Source: Diploschistes diacapsis | Lineage: Eukaryota | DNA length: 43,484 nt | NCBI GenBank assembly: GCA_023645945.1 | Contig: JALAIB010000035.1 | Location: forward strand, 1-43,484 | Direction of reading: 5' to 3' | Part shown: positions 10,601-23,929 of the stretch, in pieces | How the letters are laid out: the number at the start of each line of letters is the position of its first letter | Position numbering within the stretch: position 1 is the first letter of the stretch | Made by a program: the position numbers and the translations under genes | The notes under the pieces: generated by a model | Database searches by the model: none | What the model was told of the DNA's origin: nothing | Seen by the model: the letters and a program-made list of their open reading frames with translations, nothing else

Positions 10601-11166
10601 GGCTTCGTTGATGCAGAGGTCGAGGCCGAGGGAGGATGCTGGAAGAGGGGGATACAGCGGGGGGGGGAATGGAGTTGAGGGCGAGAGTGGAGGTAGAGAG
10701 GTAGAGGTAGAGGGTAAAGGTAAGGGGAGAGGAGGGGCGCAAGATAGATTACAGCGGAGGAGGGGAGGAAAGGTGAAGGGAGGGGTTGTTTTGCTTGCAT
10801 AATTAGGAATGCATTCAAGTTCCCGTCTCTTTATTCACGATTTATTTTCTTCGCTTTCTTCGCTTAGATGGTATCTGTATCATTCCCGAAGCTGCACTGA
10901 TCTCCCTTCATAATAATACATTGCAACGTAATTGGTCATCGCCACGTTCTGCCTCCATCCAAGCGCCGACCGTTCGTTAAGTACTGTTGTCATCCACTCT
11001 GCAGCGCAGTTATATTTTTGGGCATATGCCCTGTCCCTGTCCCTTGCTTTTCCAAGATCAGTCCCATCGATTTCGAATAATCCTTCTAATACTACAACTT
11101 CCCAACGCAACAAACAGTCGCCCAGTTCTCTCCCACCTTTCGTGCTCTCCAAGCTTTCGACCCCAT

Positions 11167-14100
11167 CTAAGCGAAGTTATCGCTCCTGTCCACCCAAATG
11201 TCCTCCAACTCCGCGAAACTCTGAAAGTGCAACGGCCGATGGGCCGCAGCGTAGTACGGCTCCGGAGTATCGACCTTCATGTGCAAGGCCTTCTTCTCTA
11301 CGCCCGGAAAGGCACCGCCCATGAAGCCGTAGTTCCACACCCCGCTCTCGGGGACCAGGAAATAGCCTCTGAACCGATCGCTCAGCAGCAGCTGCGTCTT
11401 CTCGCCGAAGCTCGTGCTGAAGCCCTGTGGCGCGTCCGAGCTCGTGTCCTTGTTCTCCGCACCCCACTTGTATCCCTGGGGCGTCAGGGCCCAGGCCGCG
11501 AGAGCGACGGAGCCGGGCGCGAAGGTGACGGTCATCGTGATCGTTTTGCGGTCCCAGGACTTGTGGGAACTCATAAGGCGGGCGTGCTGTGTGACGTCCG
11601 GAGCGGTCATGTAGGGAGGTTCGTTGCCGGCGTGCGTGTGGATCACGCCCAGGGGCTCGAGACCGGACAGGTACTCATGCTGCGGCAGCTGCTGAGGTAG
11701 CTGCACCTCGCGAGTGTTGCCCACTTGCGGGACCATGGCTATGGCCCGGATCTCTTTGACCTTGGAGTTATCCGGTGGGGAGGCCCCGTAAAGATACGCG
11801 GCTATTTGCACACGCAGGTCGGCGATGATTATGAATCGCTTGAGGACGTTCTTGGGAAGGACGTAGGTGAAATGGTCCTCGTCTTCGCGAATGTCGTCCG
11901 AGTTGATATAAATATTGTTGGACCGGGTTCGGAGGTTGGTGGTGGCTAGTGCCCGCATTCGCCATTCCGCCTTTGACGCGAAGGACTGTTGCTCGTATTG
12001 CGAAGTTGTGGTGACAATTAACTTCTCTCCGTGCGCATTTTGAATTTCAGTCGTTACCGCCGTGAGCTGTTGTTGCTCCTGCTGCTGTTTGTCGATTTCG
12101 GCTGCTTGCTGCCGTTGCATCGATGGTGCACTGATTTCCATACCCAAAATAATGTCTCGCACTTCGCTGCTTGTTAAGCTACTTACATTGACACCATTCT
12201 TCTTTGAATAGTCATTCAATATGAGATCACGAAGCTGGGTCTCGACTTTGATCCATTCTTCGTCGGACAAAGTTGGCCAAATGTGATGTTCCAAAGTGAT
12301 GGTCTTGGAGTCGGGTCGGAGGAGCAGTTTTGTTTTGTCCATGTTCACATGCAGAGCCCGCAAAATGAGGATCAACCGTGAGAACGCCGTATAGGACGAG
12401 ATGTTGCCCGACTTGGTCCACTCGTCGTAAAGATTGCAAAGGACCATCTTGGGCTCCGTTGCCTTGAGAATCATGTCTCCTAGCTTCTCGACCTTCATTG
12501 CGGCCTGGAACGGCAGTTGCAACTCGGAAGCTCGGATAGAGATGTTGGGGAAATCGAGTAAATGCACTTCTAGAGGATCTAGGAGACCCTTTCGAGTTAC
12601 TATCAACTGCTTCGGTTGTTCTTGAACAGGTAGCGACCGAATGAGTGCTGCTACTTCTTCGGCCGTCTTCCACTTCGCAAGCTGTCCAAGACGCTTCTGA
12701 CCGGCCCATACACTGGTATGAATGATCTTTAGGAAGAGCTGTCCTGTACGCGGGTTGAAGATGAAAATGGCACCATTGATTGGTTTTGTCGTGAGATTGC
12801 CTGTGTTCGGTTAGCCAAAGGCCTCCCAGCCCATTTAATTACATACCTTCGAATGTCTTGTGGATCGTGACACGATATACATTCGTGTCATCGATGAAGA
12901 GCTGGATCTGGTTACTGAAAAGTTCAGAATAGTTCTGTGAATTCAAGAACTCCTGGCTGCTTTCCGATGCGTAGAGCTGGAGACCCTTTCTTATACGCTC
13001 TCGTAAGACATAAAGTGCAGGATTGGCCTTCATAATCTTAGCCATAGCCTGTTGCATAAGAGTCTTGAGACCCGGGAAATAATGCCCATAACCAGAGTAG
13101 ATATTGTAGGCCAAATCGATACCAATCATCAGACCAGTTGCCGAAGGGTAGATGCTCATGCTGTCCTGGGTGTAATCCAGGAATTTGGCCCTAACATATC
13201 GTTCGATGTCATGGGAGTCGTAGTCACCATATCGAAGTTGAATGTCAATCCAGAACTTGTTTGTTGTGGTTGGCTCAGTAATGTCCTTTGAATCAAACAG
13301 GATGGATGGCTTAGTAACGTTCCACTTGTGGGTCGCGAATAGGAGGATATCAGAGGTGCTCGAACTGAGTTTGTACGATTTCCTCGGATGGATCTTGCGA
13401 AAGATTAGCTTGGGTGTTGCAAATACGTGCAGGAGAAGGGGACTCACCGTCTCTTTCTGCACGGTCTCGATTCCGAGACTCTCCAACTCCTGATCAAATA
13501 CCTATCGACGAGGTTAGCACAATTCAGAATTTTTTAGGGCATGAACCTACTTGACACAGATCCATTGTCACTGACTCGTGGATCTTCTGCCACAGATGGG
13601 CACGGAAGATCTGGATCAAAGAAATTTTCAGTGTTGGAATTTTGCCGTGCAAGAAGATACCCGTCAGATCAAGCTGCACTTGGAAGCCAACGTAGACGTT
13701 GGCCCTGTTAATGGTCGGTGACCACCACAGGGTGAAGCGACGATTCGGAATTTGGTTCAGACCAGATCTCTGGGCGTTAGTCAATTTCTTGAACTTCATA
13801 GACTCTTCAAATCCAGACGCCTTCTCCCAGAACAAGCCTTCCCAAGAAGGAAACGCGGTAGCTTTGAACAAAGTGTGCTCCAGTATCGTTTCGACTCCTC
13901 CAAGGGCTTGAATGACATCCGTTCGATATGCATTGAGATTCCAAAGCTTCCCGTCGTGTCTTTGACTAGTCCACCAAAAGGGGTTACTCTTCATCAACTG
14001 ATATTGTTTGAACTCGGTTCGAGCGCGGAAACCCTTGTCGAAGCTCAGGGTGCTCCTGTCCTTTTGGAAGAGTGTATTGATACGAGGTAAGCCACGATCC

Positions 14101-17100
14101 CAACTGTCTTCGAGGTCTTCCAGTGTCAAGCGTCGATTTTGTTGGTTAGCCTCAAGACGCTTCTGCGAGTACTCCGTCCACACCCTTTGAGAGTCGATGA
14201 ATTCTGCCTCCCAGGGGATGATGTAGCGAAAGATGTTGGGGATCAAGGTTTCTTCATCATGGCCCATACCTGACCGGTAATGTGTGATGCCTGTATCAGT
14301 CTGCTTGGACCATCGCTTGTCGCTGGTAGGAATGAGGATATGGGATCCTGAGATCATGCCGAGACCGCCAAGCTCTTTGGGAGTGTAAAAGACAGCAGGA
14401 GGGAAACGTGACGGCATCTTGGAGTTCAAGCCAATCTTGACACGGGTTTGGATCTTAGTCTCGCACTTGACGATCGTGTCGAGGAGTCCAACGGTGGCGA
14501 CTGCGGCCTCTCGGTAGTAGGTGAAAAGGGCTATCAATGCCGTGTTCCATTTGTTAGCTATCTTTGTAAATGTTGTGGACCCGGAAGACATCAGGATTTG
14601 CCGAATGCGGTTATTGAATTTTTGAATATCCTCTTCAGTGACTTGCAAGAAAGCGTGAGCAGTCCTCTCCTTCGTCCTATTGTCAACCAGCGACCACACG
14701 CTGTCCTTCACCGGAAATTCGTCGTTTTGATTTCTCATCTTTGGAAGGATTCGCACTTCGAAGCCGCACATGGAAAAGAGAAGGTTTGGATTGTCCCTAC
14801 TGTAGACACTTGCGAACGTGTCATCCCACTCGATTGTGGTAATAGACCGAGGTAGCCTATTCTTCAGCTCCCAGAAAACGGCTCTGCCCAGATTGACATC
14901 GTGTCTCATCAGACGCATTCGCGAGTCCCTCGGCCAGCATTTCTTGTTGCGGTAGCCAATAACATTTTCAAAGTTAGGGTCCGGCTGTTCCGTTAGGAAC
15001 CGTTGAATCAGGTCGCGAGATTCATCCGCCGAGAAACGGAAGAACACCCAAATCTTATCGATGTAGCGGGTATAAAGTCTTATGGGCGAGCGAACTTCTT
15101 CCTGCTCGGATCGAAACTGAAGGAAGTCGTTGGGACTACCTGGGGGGCCTGCAATTTCACTAGCTCGCTGCAAGCCCAGCAGAAGCAAGTCGAGCACCAA
15201 GCCATAGTACTGGAAGACAAACCCGGAGAACTGGAGGCCTCGAATAAGACCAAAGGAGTTGACGTGATTCATACTGGAGAGCTGTTAGAAGGAATCCAGA
15301 ACGTGGGAGGGGGGGGGGTTGGACTCAGGGATACGTACTCTTTGTAAGACAACTGGACATTGCTTTTCGAGGAGATATAGTCCGCCAAGTTGTGGTCCAT
15401 GATCAGTCGCAGTAGACGATTAAGAAGAGTAAGATCAATTTTCTCGTAGACCTTCGACAGTTGCGTCTCAAGCATGACGTTGCATTCGCCGTCAGAGGTC
15501 TCCCAGACCTTTGTCAGATTGTTGATACCCTGTGCCCACTTGTACGTGAGAAGAGGCGGCACCTCGGAGTCGGATGGCTTGATCCAAGCCGGGAACAGAT
15601 TGCGCTGATCGGCTTGATACCAGAGATATTGATCGAGATACGCGTCCGTAATTTTCTCAATCGGCTCAATATCATAGACGGGATTGATGCTACTGTAGTT
15701 ATCATTCATGTCTATACCCACTTCCTTGAATGCCCGCTGCGTTAGCAGGAAGCGCTTGATCCGGGTCAAAGTCGTGCCTGGAGAGTCATAAGCTTGTTCG
15801 ATAAGTGCCAGCTCTTCCCTTTGACTCTGATTCAGCCGGCCTTTGACAGAGTATGCTTCCCTAAGGCGCTCCAAGGCAAGGATGAGGATCTTAGTATCAT
15901 GCTTGTACGACACCGCGGGAAATGGAATGGGCGAGAACTTCCGTGACTCGAGCCAGTGGACAGTGGTGGTATATATGGCAACGCCTTCTTCCGAAGAGAC
16001 ATAAGGTCCATCCTTCATATAGTTGTGCTGGCGTTCTTGCTCTGCCTTGAGCCACAGTCTGGTCAATCGACCAAGGTTCTTCTTGGCGACTGTCTTGTCC
16101 ACTGTGGCGCCTCTTCGGATCCGTTCGCGGTTATAGTGTGCTACGCTGACCCACCAATCGGCCTAAAACTCAAATCAGCTACCGTGGTCAATATGTTTCC
16201 CGAACTTCATACCTTTGATTTCACGTATCGCAGAATGATACTCTCTATAGGCTGTGGAAGTCCCGGTACCGACCATGCGATGTTCGATTTCCAACACCTC
16301 CAAGCCTCCGACAAGTGCTGCAGAACAAGATTGGCTTTGTTCTGTTTGATCCCCTCCGGCATCATGTCCATCAAGTCGGCCATGACCGATGCTCGAAGCT
16401 CCAGGTCGAAATGAGATTCGACTCTTTGCTTAGTGACTGTCTTGGCCACTCCCTTGCTGTGTCGCCCTTCGAACTGGCGAGACAGAAGATTACCAAGCCA
16501 TCTTTCCAGCAATGGGATGATGCCCCTCAAGAAGAATAGCCAGACTCTCCAAGCAGGAGCCCAGAAACCGCAACCTGGGCCTTTTCCAACAGGACCAGAG
16601 TTGAACCGATAGTAAATCAGATGCTTGAGATCTTTGCATGACCGGATCTGGTGCATGAGCTTGTACTTGTAGCGGTACATCCCAGTCAGCTGTCCAACGT
16701 GGTTGAAGGCGTAGAGGATACCATCGGCAAGCTGGAAGGCATCAATGTTCCCCAGGCGATATTGCACTTGAGCATCCACAATAAGCTTCGTCAATCGTAA
16801 TATTTCCCGCATCAGATGAAAAGCATTGCCGAACCTGGACTTCTTCCGCTCCTTCGTAGTCAATGTTTTCACAGGCTTGAGATTGAAGTTGTAATCGAGA
16901 TGCAGGTAAGTAAGATTCTTGCGATGGATGAGTAGATTGAGCATGTTGAAACCTTGACGACAGACTTGAAGACCGGCTTCAACCCAACTGTAATACAAAT
17001 CAGCTTGTAGTCAGACAAGGAGGGGGTGGGAGTTCGACTTACTCTATGGTTGTTGTTTGGAAATACTTTGTCTGTTTGAGCGATGTCAACAAGTCTTGCT

Positions 17101-18553
17101 TATTCTGCGGTTTCGGTTTCTTTTTGTGTAGTTCATTGAGAACATAAGTCTTCAAGAGCTTCTGATACGACACCCGGACCTTGACTGGCTGCCCCTGTGG
17201 TACATGTTCGAGGTACCACTGTTTCACCAAAGGCACGTCTTGTGCTCGAACCATCTTACCTGACCGCTTGTTGAATGGATAGGGAGCCCACCACAAAGCA
17301 ATGGCCGACGAGGTGTCCGTATTGTGCAGCTCCTCATCAACTAAGAATGGCTCCATTTTCTTGGGCAAGACGAATTCGTCCTCCTCGTTACCGTATCCGA
17401 AGACCTCGTCCTCATGGGATAGTGTCAAATTCTTCGGCGCAACGGAGCGAGAGGAAATGGGATTGATGATTGGGTCGAAATAGAAGGCGGGCAGATTGGG
17501 ATCCTCGGTGGCTACGTAGACGACCTGGGGATGAGAGTACCAGGATATGTGTACGCTCCGTGGGAGTGAGTTGTAGAGATAGGGAAATGCCACCCTATAC
17601 TCAGTCCGGATCGGGGCACGGAAGATGATGCGGTCGATAGCGTTGAACTCGCCGAAGTCCTCCTCATTAGGATCGACGTCCTTGTAAAGAGGTTCGAATC
17701 TGGGACCACCTGGTATAGCAACATTAAGAGCCTTTGCAGTAAAAAAGGATTCTCGGTCGAACATATGAAAATAGTTCTGGTCTACAGTGTCACTCAGAAG
17801 TGAGCGACTTAGGCGATATAAGGTAGCCAGCTGGGGCAGCGAGAGGTTCCACTTCTTATAGCCTGGGCCGTTGGTATGTGGTGTTCCGAGCAGGGCTCGA
17901 TGTTCATAGAACCAGTCAAAGACAGGCCCATCTTCAGTTTCATCAAGTTCCATCTGTATGGGTTCCAGAGGTTCCACATCTTCGATATTCTCCGACCAAG
18001 ATAGGGGTGGTTCTTCATCATCAAAAGGAGGGAACCGCATTCGCTTGAAATGTCTTCTGTCGCTCTTTTCTCTCCTCATACATACCCACATAGAAGCCCA
18101 CTGTGCATGAAACAGAGGTCCTATGACTCGAGGAGTCTCGTTGACGAGGGTAAGGCAACCGTTGACATGGTACAGCACTTTCACCTCCCTCGAAGACTCC
18201 CAAGGCATGGGCATGTTCTCCAGTAGTTTGAGCACAGCGTGTGGCATAAATTTCAGAGCACCCAGATAGCTTCGCTTGTCGTTGCTGAACTTCTTCTGCG
18301 AGACATCTCCGATATCTTTGACAATCTTCCGCAGATGCTCAGGCGGCATATCCGCCTTTTGAGTTTCGACATATCCGGCCTTGCGCTTCTCACCGAATCT
18401 GTTGTGCTGCAGCCTCAGCCATTCCCTCTTTTTCTGCGCCCATTTTGCTGCATTGGGGTCAGCTGTAGGACGATAACCTGGTGGCGGAGGTGCTGTGGGC
18501 AATGAAGGTGGTCCGGCACTCCACCCGGGAGGCGGAGGAGGAAGAGTAGACAT
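11167..18553 (-). CDS. PRP8: Pre-mRNA splicing factor Prp8 (U5 snRNP), ~2,355 aa, no intein
   Basis: Exons 18553-17043, 16987-16213, 16162-15339, 15273-13551, 13501-13448, 13393-12847, 12800-11167 total 7,068 nt in frame. Hallmark sequences include [55 protein letters not shown], the RNase H-like region, and the C-terminal Jab1/MPN region (HRPLHF). Confidence 0.99.
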
Positions 18554-21500
18554 GACGGTTGTGGGCAGATGTTGAGAGAGGGTAGAAGGTATCTGTATTT
18601 AGATAGGAGGTTGATGTCCTGCTGTCAACTGCGATGAATTTCGAGTTTCCAGGATAGACGTTAGTCAAATAGCCTTGGCAAATTGCCCGGATTGTGGCCC
18701 AAGCCTCGAAAACTACCTCTTCTCCAGATGTCAGGTAACAACAGTCCAGCTCCAAATCCTTAGAAAGCCCCTCGATGTTGCTTCTGCATCAGCTTCTGAC
18801 CCAAGCTCTACGCGTTGAGGGGAAAATCTTGACGAACGGCAGAAAAAGCTCCCGCAAATGTTTTAGCCTCCGTATGGTAGCAGGGGGTGGGATGGAGATA
18901 GTGTGTTATCGCCGCTTCACTCAGCCCTATCAGATCTCGAAAAGCATTTAGGAAGAGCTTAACCTTCAAAACAACACACATAACTCCACAAAGAACAATC
19001 CAACACCCTCAATGCCTCATAGCGACTATGTTTACACTTGTGGTCTGATTGGTATTCATCAATCACAAAGAAGTAGTTGGGGTTCCGATTGTCCTCACCG
19101 TGGTGATGCGCCCGAATATCCCGTTACCTTCCAAGCTCAGCACCAGAAGCAATAACATAAAAGCCCATCATGGAATACTTGTGTGGGAAGTGAAGTATCC
19201 GTTTATCAGGAAAATGCTCTGTTCCGCAAAGTGCATGATTTGGAAATTCGAGTACCCTATGTATATATGCGTATGTATCTCAGCTAGATCCCTCTTTATT
19301 ATGAAAATTTCCATAATTGCGAGCTTTTCTCGTCCTGTTTTCTTACTGACACTACCAATCTGGTTTCATTTCCACAAATGCTATTCTCTTCTGTAATGTC
19401 GATGTCATACTGTACTGCCGACGTTTGTTGAGAGCAGAGGCAACGAGCTGTCATCTCCCGACCAAAGGACTTCCTACTCCGCCTACTGACCCTTAATATA
19501 CATCTACTTTATGAGCGACGTGAAAGCGCCTGGGTTTTGTTTTTGGGGAGCGGAAGATTTTCAAGGCTGTGTTGTAAGAGTCAGAGGAATAGAAAGTATT
19601 CCGCAAGACACATAGCTGCACCAGGAACAGGTGCTCGGCTTCCAAGCAGCATCGAGTTTTAGAATGGGAAGAAGTTTCATAGATACCTGCCCGAGTAAAT
19701 GGAATCCAGTTACTGATAGGAATCAGAGCTTCCTATACATGCTTCACTCCGAGCAATGCAGCGGCCCTAGATGCGCTGTCCCATCACGCTGCTGCATGCG
19801 CTTCTCACATTCAAAGGTGGGAATCCTAGCACTGATCGCCATAACCTGAAAATTGATAATATTCGAAGTTTGTTCATTTCTGAATTTTCTGTCTTATGTC
19901 GGTATATGTCATACTCGCGGGTACCCGTGGGGGAATCCAGCCATCCCGTCTCAGTGCGGCCGAAAGGCTCTTCGCGTGAGCGAATATGTTAGGGGAAGAC
20001 AAAATAGATTCTGCGGTGGCTGGATTCCATGGTGATCTTCAGGCAGGGGAAAACGCGTTGGAGGCATTTGTACCCTGGCCATGGCTGATATGGCGAGTTA
20101 GGGAAGTTCATGACATAGGCACATAAGCTGTTATGCTAGCTTATTTCCCTCTTCATCCTGTTGGCTCGAGTCATGAGGCTTTGGACTAGACTAAAGCGTA
20201 CTTTGTAAAAAGCGCACTGCAGTCCGCGATGCGCCGACCAACCATGACAGAGTACTCCAATTGAGACTCTCTGCATCTCGGCTCCGCACGTCATCTCTCC
20301 GTGATGATTGAGTCTTACCAACAGCCACAAACTCGCGGCAGTGGTTGGCCTCGTGCAACATGATTGCTCTACGGATGACAGCTGTAGCGAGACGAGACAC
20401 GCGGATGTCAGAAGCGGATAAGGAAATCCAAGCCTAGTCCCTCAAAGCCGATATATACCCCCCTGCCAAGTCAGTACCTGGTTATTGTAAGATGCCTTCC
20501 GAGACCCGTTGGTCGATCAACTTGAGCTTGCTAACCCAGCAAGCATGTTCAGGATTGGACACAGACTTGCAGCCGTTTCTTAGGACCTGGGCTTAGAGAG
20601 AACTGGGCGCATTGGTATGCTGCACGCTTCGGACGGCCAGCAATACTAAAGCCCAGCAAGTATCTCACTTGTTACCAGCCCATAGATCGCCTTGGATCTC
20701 CGGCAAGCGCGCGATCCGTAGCAGCGAGTGGAGCTGCAATCGAGTCCCGAGATGCAGGTGTTCCTCACCTTCGTAGATTTTCTCTTGAATGAGGCACAGA
20801 ACACTCGAAAAGAGAGTGCATGGCAGGGTCTAGCCCGTTCGATTTGATTGGTTTAGGTCCGTTGCTTAAGTGAACGGAAATGCGCGAGCTGTAGCCGGCA
20901 GGTCATGGCCATGGAATTTTGTGTAGCTCCCTGCGTGCCTCATCTGATGTCAATGCTAGCCCGGTCCTTTTCTTCCTTAGAAGCTCCTTGCTGGGAGAAT
21001 TCGGGTGCCAGAAGGGTATATCAGGCTAGTGACGGTAGGAGATGCAGGCTCCCTTCCTGACAGAAGAGGCCAAAGCTTACCTATGAAAGTGGTAAAAGCC
21101 CTGAGATAGGGTACCAGTTCGACTGCAAAGCTCATATTGATGCCAAGCTGGACGTTGGAACACCAGATGCCTATTACACGAGGCTACGCCGATTAAAATC
21201 GCTGCGCTGCAGATGTATGCACCTTAATCTCAGAACTCCTCCGTTTCATCGAGGTCAAGGCTCCACGCGGTGTGAAGTGGCACTTTAGATATAGCGATAG
21301 ACTTTCAAAATTGCCAACAGACTTTTTGCTGAATCCAAGTTATATTGGGCAAAAAGGCATGCTGCTTGGATTATTTCTTCGGTGATTTCGTACGTCTTGA
21401 GGTGCAGTGGTTGGTGTCCACGCCCTCTTAGGAAACTGGGTTAGGTGTGAACAATCGGGCATAATCCCTGTTGTTTTTCTTAAGGACCTGCGAATGACAG

Positions 21501-22375
21501 CGCAAACTATGGCAGTGAGTTACAAACAAACAAAGCTCAAATGGCTGTCCAATCATTAGCACTGCGTAAAGACTTATTTCACGATACAGTGCATCATGGC
21601 TTGCAGGCCGTTCATACTCACATCACGTAGCATGTCAACGGCTGTCGTGCGGCCTCGTGTGGCCCGTCTTTTCGGCTTCAGCCATAATATCATATCATCT
21701 GGATGTGACACAGGACACGATGTCAAAGTTGGTATGAGCTGCAGTGGCTGTTGGAAGATGGTGTGGAAGAGCAAGCCTTGATTTGCTAGAAGCACCTTCT
21801 GAATGCCAGGATCTTCGATCCGGTATCCTTGCCATGTTGTTTAGGACCTGGAGTCAATTGTAGGGGTCTGAGCTTTATTTAAAAGATTATCTTTGAAGTG
21901 CGGAGTTCGGGTGCATCGGAGACGTTTCTGCCAGACTGAGTCACACAACGTGAAGTCTAACCGATATTTCATTTCTATCCAAGTATCCAATAAACCATAT
22001 CATCAACAAGTCCCAGGGGGTATTCCTGTCTTCACCGGCTCTCTATGCCGCTAGAAATACATCAAATCAGAGTACAGACCACCCCAAATCACACAGGACA
22101 CAGTTACTGAGCCACTTGAAGCGAATCTAGAAAATTGACCCACGATCGCAAGTTCCGCCTGTGTCCAGAACAAGATTCTTCATCATCACAAGTGGCCACC
22201 CATGGCTTGTCAAAAAGTTAGATCGAGGATCCCTGCAATCCATGGCGCCAAACTTGCTTCGCTACCTCGTCCTTGCCATGAAACGATCGTAAATCTTATA
22301 GACGGGATAGGCAGAAGCTTTTCGATGGGGGTTGTCGTAGCTTTTTCACAGCATCTGGATAGATTGGTAGCAGCT

Positions 22376-23929
22376 TCAGTAGTTCAAATCAAGTTCGCCG
22401 AAACGGTGGTATGCAGCATTCTGATTCCAATCCATGGAAATTGGTTCCTTGAAGTCGCTGTGCGAGTGTTCTGCAAGCCCTCCGCAGAATAGTACGCCCA
22501 TCCCATCGTACTCCGTACACCCAACGATCTGTTCGAGGTCGCTATTGTCAGGCTCGGTGAATGACGTGGGGGTCAAAGTTGGAGTAGGCGAGCTGTGCTG
22601 AGCAAAAGCAGGCTCGGGAGGGATAGTACAAGCACGAGATGCCCCAGTGTGAGCAACATTCCCGATGTTAAAGGTCTCTTGCCCAAGTGACAGCCCATGC
22701 TCCATATTGGTGTATCCTGCAAGGTAAGGTGAGATGTGACTCGTCTGCTTTTGTTCAAACTTGGCAGGGCCAATTTCGGTTTCAGTGTCGAAGCCATCAT
22801 TCTGCGCGAGAAGTGGAGGGTGGGAGGAAGCCCCGCTTCTTCGGTGTCGATATTGCTTGCCCTTGGATGCCCGACCACCTTTAGCTCCCGAGCGCTGTCG
22901 GTGGAAGGCAGCATCCGACTTGGTAACGCGTTTATGCGCGCCGGGTCTGCGATATCTCGTCGTTGACTGAACTTCGCCGGCATCGATGGCTGACTGCTCA
23001 AGAACCCAGACGTAGTTGCGCTTGCAGTCTTCCAGTGATGTCAGTTGTTCTTCCTTTCTGAAAGCCTAAGGAAATGTAAGCCTCAGTGGAGAAAAGGGGG
23101 AAGATCTTGGATTTACCCCATTCATAGAAAGATTATGGCGGATGCTATTCTGCCAGCCTCTACTTTTGGGGTCTTTTGCCTTGTCCGTGTTCCGTTCGAA
23201 CCAGTCGTAGATCTCCTTTAGCACCATCCGATGACGAGGCGCACTCTTTAGAGCGCGGAATATGAGTCTAGCGTACGGCTCGCTGTTGAGGTCTTCGGCG
23301 GTAGAAGCCACTGCACGGTTCGTAGGCAACGGACTGCCGAAGGGAGAAACCACCTTCGGATATCCACCATCTCCAGTAGATCGAAGACCAGCAGCTTCCC
23401 CGGTCGAGGAGGCCGACAGAGGCGATATGGAGGCGTAATGAGGGTACATACCATGGGATAGCAAGGGCTCGGCGGAGTAAGACATATTCTCGTTGAAAGC
23501 TAGAGTGCCGTGAGGGTAGAACACTGGCAGAGTCATAGTTGGTTCTGTCTCCAAGGTAGAGGCCCCGGTTGTTGTGTAGGATGACAAAGGACAGGAGTAA
23601 GAGTGTTCAAGAGATGAAGGAGTTTGTGCAGCGCGACTTATATCATAGACAAAGGGTGAATGATCAGTTTGCGGATCGTTGGCTGGGGCCTGCGTCCATA
23701 GTGAATCCCTGTGCACCCCGCTATTTGCGATGTGAGAGAGATTGAAGCAATCCTGCTGCTCAATGGAGTCTATAGGAAAGGTTGTGCGAAGCAGAGCCTC
23801 TTGTGGTGGGAAGGAGGTAGATTCATCCGAGATTGTAGCGAATGACGATGACAGCGAATCGAATAAAGGCTGTCTCAGGTACGGATTTCTGAAACTGTAG
23901 TCCTCAGAGGGGATCTCGTCGGTTGCCAT
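22376..23929 (-). CDS. Forkhead (winged-helix) transcription factor, ~500 aa
   Basis: Exon 1 23929-23117, intron 23116-23066 (GTAAAT...TAG), exon 2 23065-22376. Forkhead core PYARLIFRAL...LKEIYDWF...GWQNSIRHNLSMNG|AF, followed by the fungal motifs VQSTTRYRR and RQRSGAKGGRAS. Confidence 0.9.

Noticed and set aside
9701..10611. Long Pro-rich and Ser-rich ORFs (264 aa, 175 aa)
   Set aside because: They are read-through of C/T-rich COX4 introns and microsatellites, which lack stop codons by composition.
10987..11700. 237-aa plus-strand ORF overlapping the PRP8 3' end, and similar antisense ORFs over UAP1 and U2AF1
   Set aside because: These are shadow ORFs expected from GC-rich codon usage, with no protein-like motifs.
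13394..13447. 18-aa insertion in Prp8 ([18 protein letters not shown]) as a mini-intein or novel insert
   Set aside because: It is a 54-nt in-frame intron (GTGAGT...GCTAAT...AAG). Removing it restores the conserved QKET|IHPRKSY.
19000..22300. Hidden gene or pseudogene between PRP8 and the forkhead gene (e.g. ORF 21574-21795)
   Set aside because: Only short frames are present, with no recognisable motifs and no consistent exon chain. A decayed gene cannot be excluded without BLASTX.
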